From: Bdellovibrio sp.
Lineage (GTDB): Bacteria > Bdellovibrionota > Bdellovibrionia > Bdellovibrionales > Bdellovibrionaceae
Direction of reading: 5' to 3'
Length of the DNA: 64,000 bases
Assembly: GCA_036677065.1 (NCBI GenBank)
Contig: JAKFBS010000004.1
Coordinates: forward strand, 512,001 to 576,000
Shown: in pieces, positions 1 through 8,353 of the stretch
How the letters are laid out: every line of letters begins with the position of its first letter
Position numbering within the stretch: the stretch's first letter is position 1
Position numbers and translations under genes: made by a program
Notes under the pieces: model-generated
What the model was told of the DNA's origin: nothing
The model's database searches: none
Seen by the model: only the letters and a program-made list of their open reading frames with translations

Positions 1-317
1 CGGCGACGGCAGGGCCTCCGGGGCATGTACATGGTGGCTGTCAGGCGGCGGTCCTTGATGAAGTTATGGGTTCAACAGGCTGGCATCACGGCTATGGTGT
101 AGTGGCAGCTAAAATTGAAGTCGAATTTTTAGAGATGATTCCAGTGCTGCACCAATATTCAATGCGCGGGCGAATTGTTAACATAGATAAACGAAAAATT
201 TTTATTGAAGCTGAACTTTTTGATAAAGAAAAAGTTTACGCTAAATCAACAGGCCTATTTATTGTGTTAACTAAAGAGCAAATCGATTCTTTAGGACTTA
301 AAAAAAAGGAAGCTTAA
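1..317 (+). CDS. PaaI/hot-dog fold thioesterase (5'-truncated by window edge)
   Basis: The frame is open from the window start and reads ..GPPGHVHGGCQAAVLDEVMG.., the typical PaaI HGG...LDE motif; stop at 315-317. Confidence 0.85.
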   Translation, partial: ATAGPPGHVHGGCQAAVLDEVMGSTGWHHGYGVVAAKIEVEFLEMIPVLHQYSMRGRIVNIDKRKIFIEAELFDKEKVYAKSTGLFIVLTKEQIDSLGLKKKEA

Positions 318-329
318 GCTTCCTTTTTT
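302..329. terminator. bidirectional intrinsic terminator
   Basis: Perfect palindrome AAAAAAGGAAGCTT/AAGCTTCCTTTTTT between convergent genes. Confidence 0.8.
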
Positions 330-331
330 AA

Positions 332-1924
332 TTACATAAGTTTTCTTTTTACTAAATATTCGTCGTAAGTGGTGCTGTCATCAAAAAGTACTTGTTCATC
401 GATTTCGACAATTTTATTCGCCACTGTCTGCATTAACTGATGATCGTGTGAAGTGAACAACATTGCACCCTTGAAGCGCTCCATGCCTTCATTCACTGCC
501 GTAATGCTTTCTAAGTCTAAGTGATTTGTAGGGCCATCGATAATTAACACGTTAGCACCTGATAACATCATTTTAGAAAACATGCAGCGCGCTTTTTCTC
601 CGCCTGATAAAACACTTGGTTTTTTCAAAGCATCATTGCCGCCGAATAACATTTTACCTAAGTAACCACGTAAGAACGATTCGTCCTTATCACTAGAGTA
701 CTGACGTAACCAGTTAACTAAAGTGTCTTCATCGCCCTGAAAGTATTTAGCATTATCAACCGGGAAGTAGCTGACTTCAGTCGTGATACCCCAAGTGATT
801 TTGCCAGAGTCAGCTTTGCGTTCGCCAGATAAAATGTCGAATAAAATAGTTTTCGTTAAATCATTACGACCCACGAAAGCAATTTTATCACCTTTGTTTA
901 CACGAAAGCTGATGTTATTAAGAACTTTCTTGCCTTCAAGCGTGTAATTCAGATTTTCAACAGTTAAAACGTCATTACCAAGTTCGCGTTTCATTTCAAA
1001 ACCGATGTAAGGAACTTTACGGGTTGAAACCGGGATGTCGTTGAATTCAAGTTTATCTAATTGTTTCGCGCGTGACGAAGCTTGGCTAGATTTCGAAGCA
1101 TTGGCACTGAAGCGGGCGATAAAGGCCTTTAGTTCTTCAGCTTTAACAGAAGCTTTTTTATTTTGATCAGACAATAAACGCTGTTTTAATTCGCTCGACT
1201 CGCGCCAGAAATCGTAATTGCCGGTGTAAGTCGTGATTTTACCGAAATCGATGTCAGCCATGTGCGTACAAACTTTATTTAAAAAGTGGCGATCATGCGA
1301 AATAACAATAACTGTGTTTTCAAAATTTAATAAAAAGTTTTCTAACCAGTTAATCGCTAAGATATCTAAGTGATTCGTCGGCTCATCCAGTAATAAAATA
1401 TCTGGTTTACCTAAAAGCGCCTGCGCCAGTAATACTTTTACTTTTTCGCCGCCGCTAAGGTCTTGCATTAAACGTTGGTGAAATGATTCATCTAAATTTA
1501 GACCAGCTAATAGAACACCGGCTTCTGATTCAGCTTCCCAGCCATTAAGTTCACCAAACTCCGATTCTAATTCAGAAGCACGAACACCATCGGCATCAGA
1601 AAAATCAGGTTTGTTATAAAGCTCTTCTTTTTCTTTCATGATCTTATACAGACGAGAATTACCCATCAGCACGGTGTTCATCACCGTGTGTTCATCATAA
1701 GCAAAGTGATCTTGTTTTAAAACCGAAAGACGGGCCTTTGGTGGAACAATCACTTCGCCAGTGTTTGGCTCTAATTCTTTAGATAAGATTTTTAAAAACG
1801 TTGTTTTACCAGCGCCATTGGCGCCGATTAAGCCGTAACAATTGCCCGGAGTAAATTTAACGTTAACGTCTTCGAATAATTTTTTGCCGCCAAAACGGAG
1901 GCTGATGTTGCTTGTAGAAATCAT
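332..1924 (-). CDS. ABC-F family ribosome-associated ATPase (YbiT/YkpA-like)
   Basis: Two ABC domains (GANGAGKTT, LSGGEK, LLLDEPTNHLD; second copy LSGGEKAR, IDGPTNHLD), inter-domain linker, no TM segments. Confidence 0.93.
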   Translation of the reverse strand: MISTSNISLRFGGKKLFEDVNVKFTPGNCYGLIGANGAGKTTFLKILSKELEPNTGEVIVPPKARLSVLKQDHFAYDEHTVMNTVLMGNSRLYKIMKEKEELYNKPDFSDADGVRASELESEFGELNGWEAESEAGVLLAGLNLDESFHQRLMQDLSGGEKVKVLLAQALLGKPDILLLDEPTNHLDILAINWLENFLLNFENTVIVISHDRHFLNKVCTHMADIDFGKITTYTGNYDFWRESSELKQRLLSDQNKKASVKAEELKAFIARFSANASKSSQASSRAKQLDKLEFNDIPVSTRKVPYIGFEMKRELGNDVLTVENLNYTLEGKKVLNNISFRVNKGDKIAFVGRNDLTKTILFDILSGERKADSGKITWGITTEVSYFPVDNAKYFQGDEDTLVNWLRQYSSDKDESFLRGYLGKMLFGGNDALKKPSVLSGGEKARCMFSKMMLSGANVLIIDGPTNHLDLESITAVNEGMERFKGAMLFTSHDHQLMQTVANKIVEIDEQVLFDDSTTYDEYLVKRKLM

Positions 1925-2187
1925 TTTTGTGTAAACCCCAAAATATCAACGTAAGTTATGCCTTTTGCTAAGCCTGAAGAAGGTCTGGCATTTTGTCCTT
2001 TGATTTGGATTTTGCCAGAATTAAATAATTCTTTAAAAGCTGTGCGCGAGATCTCACGTAAAGTTAAATTTTCGTTTTGCCCTTTGATAGCCTGTAATAA
2101 AACTGCATCTAAGCGACCTGCCGGACGCAGAAGATCCAAAGTGATGCGAAATGAATTGTTTGGTTTAGGTGGTATATTGTCTTCCAT
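1921..2187 (-). CDS. small S4-like RNA-binding protein
   Basis: RLDAVL...ISRTAFKELFNSGKIQIKGQNARPS matches the S4 pattern RLD..L..SR...LI..G.V.vNG...PS; start/stop overlaps with both neighbours. Confidence 0.6.
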   Translation of the reverse strand: MEDNIPPKPNNSFRITLDLLRPAGRLDAVLLQAIKGQNENLTLREISRTAFKELFNSGKIQIKGQNARPSSGLAKGITYVDILGFTQK

Positions 2188-3089
2188 TAGAAAATCTCCG
2201 ATAGCTCATCTATTAATTTCAGAAAGGTTGGATTCTGTTCGATTACGGCTAAATAATCAAACTCTAACGCATCAAGAACGTTTTCATTGATGCCATTTAG
2301 GCGTAAATAAAGCTCTGTGGTGTTAAAGCGAAACCCAGGGCTAAGTTCAAAGGCATTTTTACTTAAGTTCTTAAGCGCTTTATGGTCAAAAGTTAATTTT
2401 GTCACACGAGCCATCTGTTGTTGAGTAAAATGTTCGTTTAAGAAATTGCTGTGCAGATAGGCGAAAATCATAAACTTAAAAACATTTTTTTGACCAACTT
2501 CTTGCACTAGATTTTTTAAGTGAGTGCGGTCGTCGAATTTAGTGAAAAATGAGTTTACTTCAAGAAAAGTTTTGTGAGTCGCATCTTGGGCGTCCATGAT
2601 CGCCATAAATTCACAGGTGTTTGCAAACGATTCTTCTAATAACATCGCCACTAATTTAGTTTTTTGATCAGTCGTCGTTGCTAAGCCAAGACGTGTTGAA
2701 ATTGAACGGGCAATCGCATGACAAGATTCGTGAAATACATAATTTGCTTTTAGATTTCCGCCGATATGATCCCAATTGATTTGTTGCGGAACTTTTTGAT
2801 CCAGCGCTGAAAGAATATCGTAGTTGTTTTGAAAGTAGATTGTTTTTGACGTTAATAAATTTTCAAGTTGGCTCATCGGAAAAGCTAAATACTCTGAAGT
2901 CGGGTTAGATGAGAATTTGAAATCAAATGTTTTAACTTTTTTTCGAACTGCACCATAAACTGAATTGTTCGCCACCAAATAGCCATCACCCAGACTTAAT
3001 AAAAGTCCTTGGGCCTTCGTGGTTTCGTGTTTTTGTAATAGTGCAGTTAACTTCATGATTTCATGCAAGAATACGTCACAAATCGCCAT
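2187..3089 (-). CDS. hypothetical protein with HExxH..E (gluzincin-like) motif
   Basis: 300-aa ORF; FHESCH plus downstream LLEESFANTCE. Confidence 0.6.
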   Translation of the reverse strand: MAICDVFLHEIMKLTALLQKHETTKAQGLLLSLGDGYLVANNSVYGAVRKKVKTFDFKFSSNPTSEYLAFPMSQLENLLTSKTIYFQNNYDILSALDQKVPQQINWDHIGGNLKANYVFHESCHAIARSISTRLGLATTTDQKTKLVAMLLEESFANTCEFMAIMDAQDATHKTFLEVNSFFTKFDDRTHLKNLVQEVGQKNVFKFMIFAYLHSNFLNEHFTQQQMARVTKLTFDHKALKNLSKNAFELSPGFRFNTTELYLRLNGINENVLDALEFDYLAVIEQNPTFLKLIDELSEIF

Positions 3090-3104
3090 TCGACCATGGG
3101 GGTT

Positions 3105-3133
3105 TTGACTCTTGTAAAACTTTTACATATGGT
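3105..3133 (+). promoter_or_regulatory. sigma70-type promoter of bcp with a palindrome in the spacer
   Basis: TTGACT-17 bp-TATGGT; spacer contains TGTAAAA-C-TTTTACA (3113-3127). Confidence 0.55.
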
Positions 3134-3151
3134 TAACCCAAGAGGTGAGTC

Positions 3152-3667
3152 ATGCGTTTTTTAATTACTGCAGTTTTAATGTTTGCAACAAACACAATTT
3201 TAGCCGGTGAAATCAAATTAAACGAGCCAGCGCCTTTATTTACCGCGAAAACCCAAACTGGAACCGACTTCGACCTTAAAACTCGTAAAGGCAAATGGAC
3301 AGTTTTATACTTTTACCCCAAAGCCGGAACCCCAGGTTGTACTAAACAAGCCTGCGCTTTTCGCGACAGTATTCAAAAAATTCGTGATTTAGGCGCAGAA
3401 GTTTATGGCATAAGTACTGACACGGTTGAAGACCAGGCCAAATTTCACAAAGAACATAGTTTAAATTTTGATTTATTAGCCGATGCGGATGCGAAAATTA
3501 CCAATCTTTACGGGTCAAAAATGCAGATCGTGAAAGTTTCAAAACGTTGGACTTTTGTGATCGATCCAGAATTAAAAATCAGAAATGTCATGAAAGATGT
3601 AGATCCGGTTTTAGATTCTGAGCGTGTAGCCAGCGAAATCGCAAAACTGAAAGCTGTCTCAAAATAA
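3152..3667 (+). CDS. bcp: peroxiredoxin, BCP/PrxQ family, with signal peptide
   Basis: YFYPKAGTPGCTKQACAFRD motif; N-terminal signal-like segment. Confidence 0.92.
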   Translation: MRFLITAVLMFATNTILAGEIKLNEPAPLFTAKTQTGTDFDLKTRKGKWTVLYFYPKAGTPGCTKQACAFRDSIQKIRDLGAEVYGISTDTVEDQAKFHKEHSLNFDLLADADAKITNLYGSKMQIVKVSKRWTFVIDPELKIRNVMKDVDPVLDSERVASEIAKLKAVSK

Positions 3668-3705
3668 GCCGTCCAAACCTTTCACAGTTTCAAATAATTT
3701 AGCAT

Positions 3706-3733
3706 TTAAGCCATACGTCCAGCAGACCGATAT
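3706..3733 (+). promoter_or_regulatory. sigma28 (FliA)-like promoter
   Basis: TTAAG-N15-ACCGATAT just before the GTG at 3741. Confidence 0.55.
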
Positions 3734-3740
3734 ATATAGT

Positions 3741-6700
3741 GTGAAGACGTGTAGTACGTATGGCCCCTTCTTGTCTAAATCTATTGTTATTAGGAATATT
3801 TTCCTTTTAACTTTTATCTTTTCTTTTTCTTCATGTCATAAAGCCTTATTTGATGCGATGTCGGTTGAATTACCAACTGATATTGCGGGCATGCAGCCCA
3901 TTATTATTTCTGGCCAAGTTTCAGGTTTAGCCGCTTCAGGGCTTGGATTTAGTGCTAAAGCGGTTGCGCAATCAGTTTCAGCGCAATGTACAGATGTGCG
4001 GGTTAAACTTTTTCGGTTGCAAAATAATGGAACCATCGATGACTCGGCCCCATTAGCTACGACAGGTATTGATAGTAATGGCAAATACAGTTTTGATCTG
4101 AATGAACTTGGCATCGATGATTCAGCAGCTACCGTAGGCTTGATTGTAAAGGCCGAAAGTTGCGACGGCTCGTTTTTGAATCGCCCGATCACGGGTTTTA
4201 ATAACGAGCAAAATATCGATGTCAAATCAACGGTCATCTCTCAAATGGTGAATGCTGGAATATTAGTTCCTAAAAAATTAAATGAAGCACGGAAATCTGA
4301 AATTGAAAGTTTGCTAAACACAGTGTCTGGTTCAACGACAGGGGATGTGATCGATTCTTTAACAAATACACCCGCACCGTCAGCGATGTTTACGCAAATT
4401 TTTGGAGCTTCACCGAATGTTATCAAAGATGTAAAACCTGAAATCCAATTTGCGCCACCAATAAGCTTTAATGAACAACAAAATCATGCGCTCACAGTCG
4501 CCACCTTTCACGTTGATCCGAATTATTCATTTGTTTACAAATGGAAATTAGACGGTGTCGTACGCTCTTCAGCAAAAACATGGAATTATATTCCCCATGC
4601 TAATGCCGCAGGGCCTCACCAAATTGATGTGTATGTCGGTAAAGATGATGGCGCAGGAGAAATTGATTTAACAAAACCATATTATACAAAATCGTTTATG
4701 ATTACGATCGCTAATAACATTTTGCCAGTGGCTCCGAATCTTTCGATTCATGCAAGTACGCCTGCACCACGCACCACAAGCTCTATTCAACTTAATATTT
4801 CTACCGGTTTAAATATGGCCAACTGTGAGAACTTCTCGCATATGGCGTTAACAGACTCAGGCGTGATTCCTGGTATCATGCAATTTAATCTTGATTGCAC
4901 GACAAGTGGTACGCAAACTCTGTTGGTGAATTTTGATAACAACGATGGTTCTAAAGAATTACACTTATGGGCTATTGATGAAATCGGTACAATTTCACCA
5001 TCAAAATCAGTCAGTTTTATTCTTGATTCGACGGCTCCGGTTACAACATCGTTAGTGATTAATAGTGGTGTATCAAGCACGACAAATAAAAATGTTTTAA
5101 TCAATTTCAGTGGCAGCGATGATTTATTAAAGCTAACTGCATTTTGTTTGCGTTATAACAATACAGCGCAACCAGCAGCGGGCGATTCTTGCTGGACGAC
5201 TTTAGATTCTATCAGTGTTCCCACAAGTAAAACAGTCTCGATTGCCAACTATCAATTCCAATTGGGTTCGGTTGTTGGTGATTATAATGTGACTGTTTGG
5301 TGGAAGAACGAAGCCAATTTAATCAGTTCACTATCAGGCAATGGAACAGCAAATGTAGATTCATTTGTGATGTCTTTTACACCAGACCCACCGCCGACGT
5401 TAGCTAATATTATCGCCGCTGGTTTTAATGAATCAGTATCGCCACTTGGGGTGAGTGATACTACAGTCACATTTGGTTATGATTTATTTATTAAGTGGCA
5501 AGTTGCAGATAATAATCCAATTCCTGCCGGCAATATTTCTTTATATTATACGACAAACGATGTGTCTTACACCACAGTGGCAACGAATTTAAATAATGGC
5601 ATCAATGGTGATTGTACAATCGCAGGGTCTGAGACCGGATGTTATAAATGGACTGCGGCGTCTCCGACAAATAGTTATTACCGTATTAAAGTTGTAGTGA
5701 CAGATTTAGGTGGAGCCATTGTTTTTGAAACATCGAATCCATTAAACACGGGCAAAATCAAATTTTTATCCGGTAACACCAGTTTAGGCATTGGCGGTAT
5801 CGCTACAAATGCGGTTTTATTTTCGCCTAATGAAGCCAGTTATAACGACTATGCTGATAATCAATCGCTTGTTGTGACGAAAACAGGTTATGTTTTTTAT
5901 CGCAGTTATGGCCGCGGTTTAGTTTATGTATCTCCGCATGATGGTATTATTCGTGACGTCGCTTTACAAACCGGTACAGCTTCAGGTGATGGTGGCAGTG
6001 TTTTTAGTGCGACCTTCAGAGACATGCGACGAATGGCTATTGATTATGATGATAACGTTATTATCTGGGATTATAATAAAGTCAGAAAAATTAACACCAA
6101 CACCACGCCTTGGAGTATTTCAACATTGTTTGGCGGCGGAGCTGATTCAACAGACGGTGCAGATGCATTATCAGCAAACATTTCGGCATCATATTCAGAC
6201 CAAATCACCATAACTCCAAATGGACGCGTGTGGTTTAATAAATCAAATGAAATCTGGTACTATGATCCAACAGATGCAAAAGTTAAAAAACACATCACCA
6301 TGACGGGCATAGGAACGGACGACATGGCATCTTGGCGGGCAACGTTTGATAATGTCGCTTGTTCTGGTTCAAATGCCGCATTTACATTTACTAAAGCTGA
6401 TTCGGGCATTACAAAAATTATGCGCCGTATGAGCTCTAGCACGAGTGCTTCGTGCGGATCAGCGGCAGCAAGTTATCCGTATTACAATACAAACTTTGAT
6501 CTTGCTACAGGTGTAGCGACAGCACCGCATCCACCGCAAACGACTTGGTCGTCACATAAATTTACTGGCCTTGATGGTAATATCTATGTTCTTAATCAGG
6601 GCCGCGGTTCACTGAAAAAATACAATGCGGGTACAAATACGTTTTCAAATGTAGTCGGTGACGGAACCAATGGTCGTTGTGACGACGGCATGCCGGCGAC

Positions 6701-7778
6701 AAGTTGTCCGGTGGTCGTGATGTCAGCATTTGTGACTGAATTTGGTCGTATCTATTTTGTCGATCTTGGTGTTTTAAGAACAGTTGATAGCAATGGATTA
6801 GTACAAACGATCGCAGGGCAACCAAGAAACTTCGGTATTGGTTATAACCCAATCAGTGCGCGCTATTCACAAGTCGCGTTCTTTGAAAAAATCGCCAATG
6901 ACATCTATGTAAAAAACGAACAAGAAAATCAAATCGTAAAATTCTCTTTAACGGGCGGAAACGTACAACATATTGCGGGCAATTCATTACGTGGATCTCC
7001 AGCCATAGCCTCTGCAGCGACTCAGACAAAAATGCCTAACTGCAATTGGGGTTTACCCTGCAGTTTTATTGTTGATAGCGCAAATAATCGCCTATATCAC
7101 TATGCCAGTGGCAACAATGTGGCCTATATCGATCTAGCCACGGGTCTTTGGGTGACTCAAGGTAGTGGTGTTGTGCAAGATAGTGCTGCGCGCGTAAGTT
7201 ATGTCGGTTTAAATGATGATGGTTTATTGATTTATGCGCCATCGCACTACGGAGTCTCAGGTGATAAGGTCACAATACGTTCAGTAAATCAAGACACCAT
7301 GGCCAGCACTATTGTTTACGGCCAGAATATAATTTCAAATTCACTCAGTGGTACAGTTTGTACTGACGTTAGTTCAACCACTTGTACTTTAGCGCATGCT
7401 TCTACGGATGCTGTGCAAACGCGGTATAAATTTGATTCTACAACGGGTAACTGGTTATTTACGATTCGTGGGCAAAACACGTTATACTCACTGCCTTCAC
7501 TGGGCGGGGTTGTAACTGCATTTGAAACGATGAACAATAATTTTATCTCATATGATTTTTTTAAATCAGGCGGGGATGATTTTGTTTTCTACTGCTCAAC
7601 ATCGGGTAACTTGTATAAACGTAATATCACTACAGATGTTGAAACAGCATTGCCATTACCGATTGCTTCAATGTCGTGTGCTTCGAATTCTTTATTTTAC
7701 GATGCGGTCAAGAACTCGTTATTCTTTGCGTATAAACAAAATAATTTGTACGGCATTGGTGAATATACTGATCCCTAA
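3741..7778 (+). CDS. large surface lipoprotein with Ig-like domains and NHL-like beta-propeller repeats (adhesin/hemagglutinin-like)
   Basis: 1345 aa; lipobox-like FSFSSC; Ser/Thr/Gly-rich beta-strand composition; repeated motifs such as GDGG, TIAG, HIAGN; many Cys pairs. Confidence 0.75.
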   Translation: MKTCSTYGPFLSKSIVIRNIFLLTFIFSFSSCHKALFDAMSVELPTDIAGMQPIIISGQVSGLAASGLGFSAKAVAQSVSAQCTDVRVKLFRLQNNGTIDDSAPLATTGIDSNGKYSFDLNELGIDDSAATVGLIVKAESCDGSFLNRPITGFNNEQNIDVKSTVISQMVNAGILVPKKLNEARKSEIESLLNTVSGSTTGDVIDSLTNTPAPSAMFTQIFGASPNVIKDVKPEIQFAPPISFNEQQNHALTVATFHVDPNYSFVYKWKLDGVVRSSAKTWNYIPHANAAGPHQIDVYVGKDDGAGEIDLTKPYYTKSFMITIANNILPVAPNLSIHASTPAPRTTSSIQLNISTGLNMANCENFSHMALTDSGVIPGIMQFNLDCTTSGTQTLLVNFDNNDGSKELHLWAIDEIGTISPSKSVSFILDSTAPVTTSLVINSGVSSTTNKNVLINFSGSDDLLKLTAFCLRYNNTAQPAAGDSCWTTLDSISVPTSKTVSIANYQFQLGSVVGDYNVTVWWKNEANLISSLSGNGTANVDSFVMSFTPDPPPTLANIIAAGFNESVSPLGVSDTTVTFGYDLFIKWQVADNNPIPAGNISLYYTTNDVSYTTVATNLNNGINGDCTIAGSETGCYKWTAASPTNSYYRIKVVVTDLGGAIVFETSNPLNTGKIKFLSGNTSLGIGGIATNAVLFSPNEASYNDYADNQSLVVTKTGYVFYRSYGRGLVYVSPHDGIIRDVALQTGTASGDGGSVFSATFRDMRRMAIDYDDNVIIWDYNKVRKINTNTTPWSISTLFGGGADSTDGADALSANISASYSDQITITPNGRVWFNKSNEIWYYDPTDAKVKKHITMTGIGTDDMASWRATFDNVACSGSNAAFTFTKADSGITKIMRRMSSSTSASCGSAAASYPYYNTNFDLATGVATAPHPPQTTWSSHKFTGLDGNIYVLNQGRGSLKKYNAGTNTFSNVVGDGTNGRCDDGMPATSCPVVVMSAFVTEFGRIYFVDLGVLRTVDSNGLVQTIAGQPRNFGIGYNPISARYSQVAFFEKIANDIYVKNEQENQIVKFSLTGGNVQHIAGNSLRGSPAIASAATQTKMPNCNWGLPCSFIVDSANNRLYHYASGNNVAYIDLATGLWVTQGSGVVQDSAARVSYVGLNDDGLLIYAPSHYGVSGDKVTIRSVNQDTMASTIVYGQNIISNSLSGTVCTDVSSTTCTLAHASTDAVQTRYKFDSTTGNWLFTIRGQNTLYSLPSLGGVVTAFETMNNNFISYDFFKSGGDDFVFYCSTSGNLYKRNITTDVETALPLPIASMSCASNSLFYDAVKNSLFFAYKQNNLYGIGEYTDP

Positions 7779-8353
7779 GTTTTTAGATTTCCGTTAGCGA
7801 TAGATTCATCAATCATTTTTTTAGCGACTTCCCACAGCGCCGGCAGACCGCCAGCAATGGGGGGTTCGCATTTGTTAATCACTTTGTCAGCTTTAACATC
7901 ATGGTTTTTCCAAGAATAACCGCCATTAAGATAGTTCGAATAGAGTGGTAAAAAACGATCAATCGCTGAAACGTATTTCGCTTCAGCAGACTGGCCTTCT
8001 TCAAATTCATTCCAGATCGCTTTAAAATCTTCAGCGATCAGATCAGGCAATAAACCAAAAATTCGTTCACGCGCTAAGGCTTCTTTTTCTTTTTTGCTGG
8101 ATTGATCGCCGTAAATAATCACATCACCGGCATCGATTTCAACGATGTCATGAAGTAAAGCCATCTTGACCGCTTTATTAATATCTAATTTTACCGGAGA
8201 CATCTTTTCAAAAACCATGACTGTCATTGCTAAATGCCAGCTGTGTTCAGCGGTGTTTTCAACGCGGCCGCCGACATGAATCGGGGTTTGGCGATCGATG
8301 GTTTTTAAACGGTCAATTTCTTTAATGAATGGAAGTAGATTTTCGAAAATCAT
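7775..8353 (-). CDS. HD-domain hydrolase (YfbR/HDDC2-like)
   Basis: ENTAEHSWHLA...ALLHDIVEIDAGD...AIDRFLP; ATG at 8353 overlaps the kinase stop. Confidence 0.9.
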   Translation of the reverse strand: MIFENLLPFIKEIDRLKTIDRQTPIHVGGRVENTAEHSWHLAMTVMVFEKMSPVKLDINKAVKMALLHDIVEIDAGDVIIYGDQSSKKEKEALARERIFGLLPDLIAEDFKAIWNEFEEGQSAEAKYVSAIDRFLPLYSNYLNGGYSWKNHDVKADKVINKCEPPIAGGLPALWEVAKKMIDESIANGNLKT

